Positions 25,820 to 33,674 of a stretch of DNA of 45,348 nucleotides are shown here, in pieces. The first letter of the stretch is position 1, and each line of letters starts with the position of its first letter. Position numbers and translations under genes: made by a program. Source of the DNA: an uncultured Oscillospiraceae bacterium (GTDB taxonomy: Bacteria > Bacillota > Clostridia > Oscillospirales > Oscillospiraceae); the NCBI GenBank assembly GCA_964530935.1, contig CAZHCB010000001.1:1-45348 (forward strand), read 5' to 3'. The notes beneath the pieces were generated by a model, which had not been told where the DNA came from, made no database searches, and saw only the letters and a list, made by a program, of their open reading frames with translations.

Positions 25820-25865
25820 GTTGTGCTCGAAGCAGTTAAAATCAATCGCAAAGAGGTGAAGACTA

Positions 25866-26855
25866 ATGTCAACCAAAAACAAAGTGCTCGAAGTTTTGGA
25901 GAGCAACCGAAACGAATATATTTCCGGGCAAGAGATCGCGGAGCGTCTGTGCATATCCCGCAATGCTGTTTGGAAGGCAATCCGAACCCTTCAAGAGCAG
26001 GGGCATATTATAAACTCTCAACACAATCGAGGATACATGCTCAACGCAAAGAGCGACCTTCTTTCCAAAGAAGGTATTACATTTTTTATGCCGGAGAAAT
26101 ATCGTGACAACGAAATAGTAGTATATAAAACCGTAGATTCAACAAACACTTCCGCCAAGCGAATGGCCCTTGAGGGTGAGAGACACGGTGCTGTTGTTCT
26201 GGCGGAGAAACAAGAGGCCGGACGGGGGCGCAGCGGCAAGAGCTTTTTTTCACCGGAGGGTACAGGCTTGTATATGAGTATGATTCTGAGGCCTGAGAAA
26301 GTGATTGCAAAACCTCAACTGATAACCGTGGCAGCGGCGGTTAGCGTTTGTGAGGTCATTGAAGAATTAACCGGGGAAACTCCGCAAATAAAATGGGTAA
26401 ACGATATATTTCTATTGGGAAAGAAGATTTGCGGTATTTCCACTGAGGCGGTGATGGACTTCGAGAGTCAAACAATCGACCATATAGTTCTGGGGCTTGG
26501 GATCAATTGTACTACGGAGCAGGAGGCCTTTCCTGAGGAGATAAGGGACATTGCCGGCTCAATTAATCTGCGTGATGTTTCCCGCAATGAGTTGGCCGCA
26601 AAGGTTGCTGCAAAGATTTTGGACAGGTTTAATAACTTGGAGGACCGCCAATACATTGTTCGGTACAAGGAACGTTCCATAATGTATGATAAACGTGTTA
26701 CGTTCAGCAAGGATGGTGAGCTTGTATCTGCAAAAGTGCTGGACATTGATGACGATTGCGGGCTTGTGGTTTGCTGTGATGATGGCAGGGAAATGACTCT
26801 AACAAGTGGAGAGGTCTCCATTGGTAGCGATTTTATGAAAGAAACTTTTAAATGA
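25866..26855 (+). CDS. birA: bifunctional biotin-[acetyl-CoA-carboxylase] ligase / biotin operon repressor
   Basis: The 329-aa ORF has an N-terminal wHTH (YISGQEIAERLCISRNAVWKAIRTLQEQG) and the ligase motif GRGRSGKSFFSP, plus KWVNDI....KICGI. Confidence 0.9.
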   Translation: MSTKNKVLEVLESNRNEYISGQEIAERLCISRNAVWKAIRTLQEQGHIINSQHNRGYMLNAKSDLLSKEGITFFMPEKYRDNEIVVYKTVDSTNTSAKRMALEGERHGAVVLAEKQEAGRGRSGKSFFSPEGTGLYMSMILRPEKVIAKPQLITVAAAVSVCEVIEELTGETPQIKWVNDIFLLGKKICGISTEAVMDFESQTIDHIVLGLGINCTTEQEAFPEEIRDIAGSINLRDVSRNELAAKVAAKILDRFNNLEDRQYIVRYKERSIMYDKRVTFSKDGELVSAKVLDIDDDCGLVVCCDDGREMTLTSGEVSIGSDFMKETFK

Positions 26856-27418
26856 AAAAAACAGTAAAACAAAATAGATTTGATACGCGAAGCATGGTAC
26901 TGTGCGCACTGTTTGCCGCGCTTTCAGCTGCTGGTGCATATATCAGAATACCCTTAGGAATTGTACCGATTACTATGCAGTTCTTCTTCACAAATTTAGC
27001 GGGTCTTCTGCTGGGAAAAAGAAACGGCCTGATTTCCGTTGGGCTTTATATTTTTATTGGACTAATAGGCATCCCGATTTTCACTCAAGGCGGGGGACCG
27101 GCTTATATTCTAAAACCTACCTTCGGATACCTCGCAGGTATGGCCTTGGGGGCGTATGCTGCCGGCTATATTGTTGAGAAGAGAGGGAGCAGTTATGTAA
27201 ACCTAATACTTGCGGGTTTAGCAGGTATGGTCGCAGTGTACGCAATAGGCGTTACATTCTTTGGATTGATTTCAAATTTTTACATAGGGCAGGCAATTTC
27301 CATAAATACACTATTAGTTTCTTGCTGCTTGGTTTTTCTTCCCGGAGACGTGCTCTCGGCGGTTTTGGGTGCAGTGCTTGCTAAGCGTCTGCTTCCGGTA
27401 CTAAAAACAGGGCGGTGA
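26852..27418 (+). CDS. bioY: biotin transporter BioY (ECF S component)
   Basis: The 188-aa ORF has six TM segments. Matching BioY blocks include VPITMQFFFTNLAGLLLGKRNG, GGGPAYILKPTFGYLAG and PGDVLSAVL. There is an ATGA overlap with birA. Confidence 0.85.
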   Translation: MKKTVKQNRFDTRSMVLCALFAALSAAGAYIRIPLGIVPITMQFFFTNLAGLLLGKRNGLISVGLYIFIGLIGIPIFTQGGGPAYILKPTFGYLAGMALGAYAAGYIVEKRGSSYVNLILAGLAGMVAVYAIGVTFFGLISNFYIGQAISINTLLVSCCLVFLPGDVLSAVLGAVLAKRLLPVLKTGR

Positions 27419-27444
27419 TCTGGGCTTTCTGCCTATCCGTTTCC

Positions 27445-27473
27445 TTGACAATTTTCTTATATTCACCGATAAT
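27445..27473 (+). promoter_or_regulatory. sigmaA-type promoter upstream of pepD
   Basis: TTGACA, a 17-nt spacer, then GATAAT. Confidence 0.5.
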
Positions 27474-27590
27474 AAAGTATATATAGAAAAATAAATCAGA
27501 GTGGGGGGCGATTTGTGGAAAGAGAGACTGAAAAAGCCCGGACAATATAATCGCAAGAACTGTAATTAGCAAGTGAAAGGAATCGAAAAA

Positions 27591-29024
27591 ATGGAGAATG
27601 ATGAAAAAGTAATTAGCTTTTTCAAGGAGTTTAGTGCAATACCCCATGCAAGCTACGACGAAAAACGGATTAGTGACTATCTGGTTGATTTCGCCAGATT
27701 ACGTAATTTGGAAGTTATTCAGGATGCATATAACAATGTGCTCATAAAAAAGCCGGCAACAGTTAAGGATTGCAAATGCGCGCCGGTTATAATCCAGGGC
27801 CATATGGACATGGTATATGTCCGCGCACCCGGCTGCAAATTGGACTATGAGGATGGAATAAAAGTAGTTGAGCGCGGCGGCTGGCTATGTGCCGAGGGAA
27901 CAACCCTTGGCGCTGACAACGGTATTGCCGTTGCCTACGCCCTTGCGCTTTTAGATTCAAACTGCATAGCCCACCCCGACTTGGAGGTGGTTATCACCGT
28001 TCAGGAAGAAGTGGGCCTCCTCGGAGCAGAACATTTTGACTGCACTGCGCTAAAAGGGAAATACTTCCTTAATCTGGATACTGAGGATGAAGGCATTTTC
28101 TACACCAGTTGTGCCGGCGCGTTCCGAAACGATTTGGAAATACCTATAACAAGAGGACTTATCAGCAGCAAAACGGAGCTGAAAATTGGCCTTGGCGGTA
28201 TGCTGGGCGGCCACTCGGGGATTGATATTCACTATGGCAGGGCGAATGCAATCGTTCTTATGGCGCGGCTTCTTTCTAATCTGAGCTGGGAAGGGGTTTA
28301 TCTAAGCAGCATCAACTGCGACGGTAAAATGAACGCCATAGCCAGCAGATGCGAGGCATCTCTATATATTGACAACGATAAAATTGACAGCGTTTTAGAT
28401 TGCCTTAACAGCTCGGTTGCGGTCTTTAATCATGAGCTGGAGGGTGTGGATTCCGTAGAACTGCAAACCATGATGGGAGAGCAGGAGGAAATGTATTGCT
28501 ACACAAGGGCAAGCCGGCAGAGAGTTCTCAACTCAATTCTCCTAATGCCAAACGGTGTTTTAGGAATGAGTGCGGTAGTGCCGGGGCTTGTTGAAACCAG
28601 TGCAAACCCGGGAATAGTTGCTCAGGAGGGCGATAAACTGGTGGTGTCCTCCTCGGCAAGAAGCTCTGTGGGAACAAGGAAGGCCGCCGTCGCTAAGCAG
28701 CTGGAGGCTATCGCGTACTTTGCCGGGGGCAAGAGCGTTTGTTCAAATGACTACCCTCAGTGGGAGTACCAAAAGAACTCACCACTGCGTGAGCTGGCAA
28801 TGGACAGCTATCGTGAGATCTTTGGTATGGAGGCAAGAACAGAGGCCATCCATGCGGGCCTTGAATGCGGATATTTTGCTGCAAGAATAGATGGGGTTGA
28901 CATAATATCTTTTGGGCCGGATCAAAAGGACGTTCACACACCAAACGAGCGGGCAAATATTAAGTCGATCGGGAATGTTTGGATGCTGATTCAAAGGATT
29001 TTGGAACAGCTTTCTGCGCAATAG
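27591..29024 (+). CDS. pepD: aminoacyl-histidine dipeptidase (M20 family, PepD-type)
   Basis: The ~477-aa ORF contains FFKEFSAIPHASYDEKRISDYL, IQGHMDMV, GADNGIAVA, VQEEVGLLGA and HTPNERANI. I prefer the ATG at 27591. Confidence 0.85.
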   Translation: MENDEKVISFFKEFSAIPHASYDEKRISDYLVDFARLRNLEVIQDAYNNVLIKKPATVKDCKCAPVIIQGHMDMVYVRAPGCKLDYEDGIKVVERGGWLCAEGTTLGADNGIAVAYALALLDSNCIAHPDLEVVITVQEEVGLLGAEHFDCTALKGKYFLNLDTEDEGIFYTSCAGAFRNDLEIPITRGLISSKTELKIGLGGMLGGHSGIDIHYGRANAIVLMARLLSNLSWEGVYLSSINCDGKMNAIASRCEASLYIDNDKIDSVLDCLNSSVAVFNHELEGVDSVELQTMMGEQEEMYCYTRASRQRVLNSILLMPNGVLGMSAVVPGLVETSANPGIVAQEGDKLVVSSSARSSVGTRKAAVAKQLEAIAYFAGGKSVCSNDYPQWEYQKNSPLRELAMDSYREIFGMEARTEAIHAGLECGYFAARIDGVDIISFGPDQKDVHTPNERANIKSIGNVWMLIQRILEQLSAQ

Positions 29025-29028
29025 AACC

Positions 29029-29066
29029 AAAAGGACGGTGAGGCAGCTGTTTCACCGTCCTTTTTT
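29029..29066 (+). terminator. intrinsic terminator after pepD
   Basis: AAAAGGACGGTGA-N10-TCACCGTCCTTTT is followed by TT. Confidence 0.75.
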
Positions 29067-29167
29067 GACTTTTTGCGGCAATATGCGCCCTTGCCAGAGC
29101 TGGGAATAAGTAGTATAATAACAAGTCAGTAATTGAGGAAAATAACAGTAATTAAGTGGGGCTTTGG

Positions 29168-30028
29168 ATGAAATCTAGGAATTTTTCAATAATTATTTTA
29201 GTGTTGTGTGTTGTAATTTCGGCGTTTTCCGGCTGTAAACAAGAAGTAAAAGAAGAATCAAAAATGATTGTTGCCGTGAGTATTGTGCCGGAGCAGGCCT
29301 TTGTTGAAGCCGTTTGCGGTAATTTGGTGGAAGTGGTTGTTATGATCCCCCCCGGATTTTCACCGGAGAGCTATGAGCCGACTGCAAAGGAAATGGTTAA
29401 GTTTGCAGATGCGGCAATATATTTTTCCATAGGTGTGCCCGTTGAAGAAACAAGCATTTTACCGTCTTTAAACGACAGGACTAAACAGGTTTCTCTTGAT
29501 GCTGCTGCTGCGGACAAGTACCCTGAGCTGACAATAGCCGGTGGGCGTGACCCCCACGTGTGGCTCTCACCTTTGCGTGTAGCTGTTATGGTTCAGACAA
29601 TTGCAGATGAAATGTGCGCCCGTGACCCGGATAACGCTGATATATATGCGAATAATGCTAAGTTGTATATTGCCCGGCTTGAGGTTTTGGACAAAGAAAT
29701 AAAGGAAATTCTGGAACCGGTTACCAGCCGTAGCTTTATAGTGTTCCACCCGGCCTTCGGCTACTTCGCGGATGATTACGACTTGGAGATGTATGCCCTC
29801 GAGGAACACGGCAAGGAAGCGACTGCGGCCCGGTTAATGGAGATGGTTGACTTTGCCAGGGAAAAAGACATTAAAGCCGTGTTTTACCAAGCAGAGGTTG
29901 ACAGCAGCCAGTCTGCCGCCTTTGCTGAGGAAATAGGCGGGAGAACAATTATGCTCGACCCTCTCTCAAAGGACTATATTGCAAACCTTAAATCAATGGC
30001 AAGTGCCATAGGGGAGGGCGTAGGTTAA
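29168..30028 (+). CDS. metal (Zn/Mn-type) ABC transporter substrate-binding lipoprotein, TroA/ZnuA family
   Basis: The lipoprotein signal is MKSRNFSIIILVLCVVISAFSGC. The ORF also contains DPHVWLSP and FHPAFGYFADDY. Metal specificity cannot be read from the sequence. Confidence 0.85.
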   Translation: MKSRNFSIIILVLCVVISAFSGCKQEVKEESKMIVAVSIVPEQAFVEAVCGNLVEVVVMIPPGFSPESYEPTAKEMVKFADAAIYFSIGVPVEETSILPSLNDRTKQVSLDAAAADKYPELTIAGGRDPHVWLSPLRVAVMVQTIADEMCARDPDNADIYANNAKLYIARLEVLDKEIKEILEPVTSRSFIVFHPAFGYFADDYDLEMYALEEHGKEATAARLMEMVDFAREKDIKAVFYQAEVDSSQSAAFAEEIGGRTIMLDPLSKDYIANLKSMASAIGEGVG

Positions 30029-30828
30029 TGGAAAAAAACAAAGAAAATATTGCAATCCACATTGAGGGGCTCAATGTTTCATATAGAAATACCCCGGCGC
30101 TTACCAATGTTTGTTTGAATGTGGTTGAGGGCGAGTTTTTGGGTATTATCGGTCCGAACGGCGGAGGCAAAACCACACTGCTCCAGTCAATTCTCGGTCT
30201 TGTCCCCATTACCAGCGGAACGATCAGTGTTTTCGGAAAACACAGCCGGATTCCTGCGGAAATAGGATATGTGCCTCAGTTTTCCTTGGTTGACAGGAGC
30301 TTTCCCATCTCCGTTCGTGAGGTGGTCATGACAGCGTTTTTGAAAGGGCCTATTCACCCCTTGAAGAGCTTCTCGGCAAAACATCGCAAGTATGCGGACG
30401 CCGAGCTGCAGCGGGTCGGCATCCTTGAACTGGCGGACAGGCAGATTTCTGAGCTTTCCGGTGGCGAGTTCCAGCGCTTGCTAATTGCCAGAGCCTTGGC
30501 AACAAAGCCGCGGATCTTGCTTTTGGACGAACCCACTGCCAGCGTTGACCCCAAGTCCAGACAGCACATTTTTGAACTGCTGGCTAAGCTGAACGAGACT
30601 GTTACAATCATTCTTGTAACTCACGACATGATGGCAATTGCCTCTCAGGTGACCTCCATTGCCTGTCTTAATCGTACGCTTATCTATCACGGTGAGCCGG
30701 AGCTGTCAGAGGAGACTGTAACCCAAATGTACGGCTGCCCGGTTGACTTAATTGCTCACGGCGTGCCCCACAGAGTTCTGGGCGGGCACGATTGCTGCAA
30801 CGGAGAGGAGCACCATCATGCTGACTGA
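30028..30828 (+). CDS. metal ABC transporter ATP-binding protein with a Cys/His-rich C-terminal tail
   Basis: The ORF has a Walker A (GPNGGGKTT), a signature (LSGGEFQRLLIARAL) and a Walker B (LLLDEPTASVD). The tail is HGVPHRVLGGHDCCNGEEHHHAD. Confidence 0.9.
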   Translation: MEKNKENIAIHIEGLNVSYRNTPALTNVCLNVVEGEFLGIIGPNGGGKTTLLQSILGLVPITSGTISVFGKHSRIPAEIGYVPQFSLVDRSFPISVREVVMTAFLKGPIHPLKSFSAKHRKYADAELQRVGILELADRQISELSGGEFQRLLIARALATKPRILLLDEPTASVDPKSRQHIFELLAKLNETVTIILVTHDMMAIASQVTSIACLNRTLIYHGEPELSEETVTQMYGCPVDLIAHGVPHRVLGGHDCCNGEEHHHAD

Positions 30829-31663
30829 GATTCTGTCATATAAATTCATGCAGAACGCCGTGATGGCGTGCATTTTGGCGAGTGTGGTCTGCGGAATCGT
30901 GGGCGTTATCGTTGTTGAAAAAAAGCTAATTATGATGAGCGGAGGTATTGCCCACACGGCCTATGGCGGTGTAGGCTTGGGATACCTTTGCGGTTTTGAG
31001 CCTATGATTGGTGCGGTGCTGTTTTCTGTTGGCGCTGCAATCGGAGTGGGCAAAATTCAGCGCAGGGGCGGGGTTCACACAGACATTATTATTGCCCTGT
31101 TTTGGTCAACCGGTATGGCACTGGGAACTGCGTTTATTGGTTTTATGGAGGGCTACCCTCCGGATATGAGCTCGTATCTGTTTGGTAACATTCTAACCGT
31201 TACAAGAAACGATTTGCTCATGATGGCAATTCTCACCGCTATAGTATGCATAACGATTTTGGCTCTGTTCAATGACTGGAAGGCGTTTCTGTTTGACGAG
31301 GGCTTTGCCAGCATTAACGGAATTAAAACTGCGTTTCTGGAATACTTGTTATTAATTCTTATTGCGCTCACAGTGGTTGTTCTTATAAGGGTTGCTGGTA
31401 TTATTCTTGTAATAGCCATGCTAACGGCACCTGCGGCAACGGCTACCTTGATTTCGGATAAACTCTCCGGAAGAATGCTGCTTGCAATTGCCATCGGCCT
31501 TTTTGACAGCTTTGCAGGACTTATACTGTCCTATGTTTTAGGAATTGCCAGCGGAGCGACTATAATAGTTTTCTCTGTCGTGGTGTACGCAATTGTCTAT
31601 TTTCTGCGTGCTCTCCTTGATAAGCGCAATAGAGCAAAAATGCAGGAACAGAGCGCGACCTAA
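30818..31663 (+). CDS. metal ABC transporter permease (ZnuB/TroCD family)
   Basis: The ORF begins MLTEILSYKFMQNAVMACIL..., a typical ZnuB-type N-terminus, and has ~8 TM helices. It overlaps the ATPase gene by 11 nt. The track start at 30752 lies inside the ATPase gene. Confidence 0.85.
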   Translation: MLTEILSYKFMQNAVMACILASVVCGIVGVIVVEKKLIMMSGGIAHTAYGGVGLGYLCGFEPMIGAVLFSVGAAIGVGKIQRRGGVHTDIIIALFWSTGMALGTAFIGFMEGYPPDMSSYLFGNILTVTRNDLLMMAILTAIVCITILALFNDWKAFLFDEGFASINGIKTAFLEYLLLILIALTVVVLIRVAGIILVIAMLTAPAATATLISDKLSGRMLLAIAIGLFDSFAGLILSYVLGIASGATIIVFSVVVYAIVYFLRALLDKRNRAKMQEQSAT

Positions 31664-31737
31664 AGTTTTTCAATAGGGTAGAACAAAACTCTATGCTTAT
31701 TGAAAAAAGTATGTTACAATAATAAATTATGAGATTA

Positions 31738-31772
31738 TGTAAATCTATGTTATTAAATGCAGATTTACTTTT
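31738..31772 (+). terminator. hairpin plus T-run after the metal transporter operon
   Basis: GTAAATCT-N14-AGATTTAC is followed by TTTTT. Confidence 0.5.
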
Positions 31773-31790
31773 TATAACAATCCGAAGGGA

Positions 31791-32798
31791 ATGGTTACAA
31801 GCATGGGTTATATTGTTATGGATATGGAATGGAATCAGGCCATGTCCTCACAATCTGCCATATTTAACAGACTCCCCATACATTTGCGGGGGGAGATTAT
31901 TCAAATTGGCGCAGTTAAAATGACGGAGGATAACAAGCCCGGAGAAGAGTTTCAGATTGACGTTAAACCGGTGTATTTCCGCAGGATGCACTATAAGGTT
32001 GAGAAACTAACCGGATTTGATAAGGACCGCCTTGAGGGCGGAGTGGGCTTTAAAGAAGCCTTCGCAAAGTTCCGCGAGTGGTGCGGTGATGACTGCACAT
32101 TTCTCACGTGGGGTAGTGATGACAGAGCGATAATGGAGCAGAACATCATTATCCACGACCTTGAATGGGATTGGATCAGCAGCTGGGTCAACCTTCAAAT
32201 AATCTATAACATTCAAACAAAAGCCGGTAGAAATCAAACCGGTCTAGCTCTTGCGATGGAGCACTTTGAAATAGAACAAACAAGGATTGCCCACGATGCT
32301 TTAGGCGATGCTTTTAACACCGCTTTGGTCTGTTCAAAGCTGGATTTAAAAGCGGGACTGGCGGAGTATGACAACGCCATATCAAATCTGTCCACCCGTT
32401 GCGCTAACCCAAATGCCGAAGGGGAGACCGATCCTTTGGAGCACAGTGCGATTGCAGGCTTTGAAACGCGAGAAGCCGCCTTTCACGACAAGCGCATTTG
32501 CGCTCCGGCGTGTCCGGAATGCGGTGAAAGTATGAAGTGCGCAAGGTGGATTAATCAGGGCGACAGGCGTTATATGTCCCTGTGCACATGTAAAAAACAC
32601 GGAAAGTTTCTCATTAGAATCCGCTTTCGTTGTGCAGATGAAGATACGTGGACAGTTAACCGCATAATCTATAAGGCGGATGAGAAGATGGAAGCTTTCT
32701 ACAAATCTAAATCTCATCCGGAAACTCGACGCAAACGTGGTCGGAGGAGAAAAACCTTCCGCACAGCCCAGCCGAGGGAGCAAGGCTCCGAAGTATAG
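31791..32798 (+). CDS. DEDDh 3'-5' exonuclease domain protein with a C-terminal zinc-ribbon-like domain and an Arg/Lys tail
   Basis: Exo motifs are I (VMDMEWN), II (TWGSDD) and III (HDALGDA). The C-terminal half has CPECGESMKC...CTCKKH and the tail RRKRGRRRKTFR. The start could be 31791 or 31803. Confidence 0.75.
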   Translation: MVTSMGYIVMDMEWNQAMSSQSAIFNRLPIHLRGEIIQIGAVKMTEDNKPGEEFQIDVKPVYFRRMHYKVEKLTGFDKDRLEGGVGFKEAFAKFREWCGDDCTFLTWGSDDRAIMEQNIIIHDLEWDWISSWVNLQIIYNIQTKAGRNQTGLALAMEHFEIEQTRIAHDALGDAFNTALVCSKLDLKAGLAEYDNAISNLSTRCANPNAEGETDPLEHSAIAGFETREAAFHDKRICAPACPECGESMKCARWINQGDRRYMSLCTCKKHGKFLIRIRFRCADEDTWTVNRIIYKADEKMEAFYKSKSHPETRRKRGRRRKTFRTAQPREQGSEV

Positions 32799-32822
32799 TG
32801 TCCTATTAGTGGAGGAAAGCTT

Positions 32823-33659
32823 ATGTCAATTTTATTTGCCGCGCTTCTTGGTTTAATTCAGGGAGTAACGGAGTTTTTACCCATTTCGAGTTCCGGGCAC
32901 CTTTCTGTTTTGCAGAATCTGTTTCAGATGTCGGGAGTTGGGGAGAACCACATACTGTTTGATACCCTGCTTCACCTTGCAACGCTGATTTCCATTTGTT
33001 TTGTTTATTGGAAAGATATCGTAGGCATGTTTAATGAGGTGGTTGGTATTATTAAAGATGCCCGTCATCCCAAACCGGATGATGAAGGACCCAAGCCTGA
33101 GCGCCGGTTAGCACTGATGATTGTAATTGCTACGCTGCCCTTGCTCGTTGCTTTGCCGTTAGCTAATGCGGTTGAAAAGCTGTACTACAACACCTTTTTT
33201 ATAGGCATTGCATTCCTGATCACGGGGGCGATTCTATATGTTTCCGACAAAATTGTCCGTGGCAAGAAAACTGCTGCCACCATGACAGTGGGAAACGCTT
33301 TTGTAATCGGTCTTTGTCAGGCGGTGGCGACCCTTCCCGGTATTTCCCGTTCGGGCGCTACAATTACTGCCGGAATGGCCACCGGACTTGACAGGAACTT
33401 TGCAGTTAAGTTTTCGTTCCTGATGTCGATCCCCGCGGTTCTGGGGGCAACCCTGCTAAATGTCTACAAAGCTATAAGTGATGGCGCGGAGTCGGTGCAG
33501 GTATTGCCTTATCTTGTAGGAATGATCGTTGCAGCCGTCACCGGATATTTCGCAATCAGATTGGTTAAAATGCTTTCGCAAAAAGGGAAATTCGGAAAGT
33601 TCTGCTACTACTGCTTCGGCGTAGGTATACTAACGATAGTCCTCTCGTTTATTTTTTGA
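32823..33659 (+). CDS. uppP: undecaprenyl-diphosphate phosphatase
   Basis: The ORF contains GLIQGVTEFLPISSSGHL and PGISRSGATITAG, and has 8 TM helices. Confidence 0.9.
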   Translation: MSILFAALLGLIQGVTEFLPISSSGHLSVLQNLFQMSGVGENHILFDTLLHLATLISICFVYWKDIVGMFNEVVGIIKDARHPKPDDEGPKPERRLALMIVIATLPLLVALPLANAVEKLYYNTFFIGIAFLITGAILYVSDKIVRGKKTAATMTVGNAFVIGLCQAVATLPGISRSGATITAGMATGLDRNFAVKFSFLMSIPAVLGATLLNVYKAISDGAESVQVLPYLVGMIVAAVTGYFAIRLVKMLSQKGKFGKFCYYCFGVGILTIVLSFIF

Positions 33660-33674
33660 TTTGGAGTGGAATAA

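Noticed and set aside
29090-29160. A Zur/AdcR box upstream of the metal transporter
   Set aside because: Only a direct repeat AATAACA..GTAATT is visible. There is no TCGTAAT-N-ATTACGA (Zur) or TTAACNNGTTAA (AdcR) palindrome. It is mentioned as a possibility under the ATPase-tail finding but is not called as a feature.
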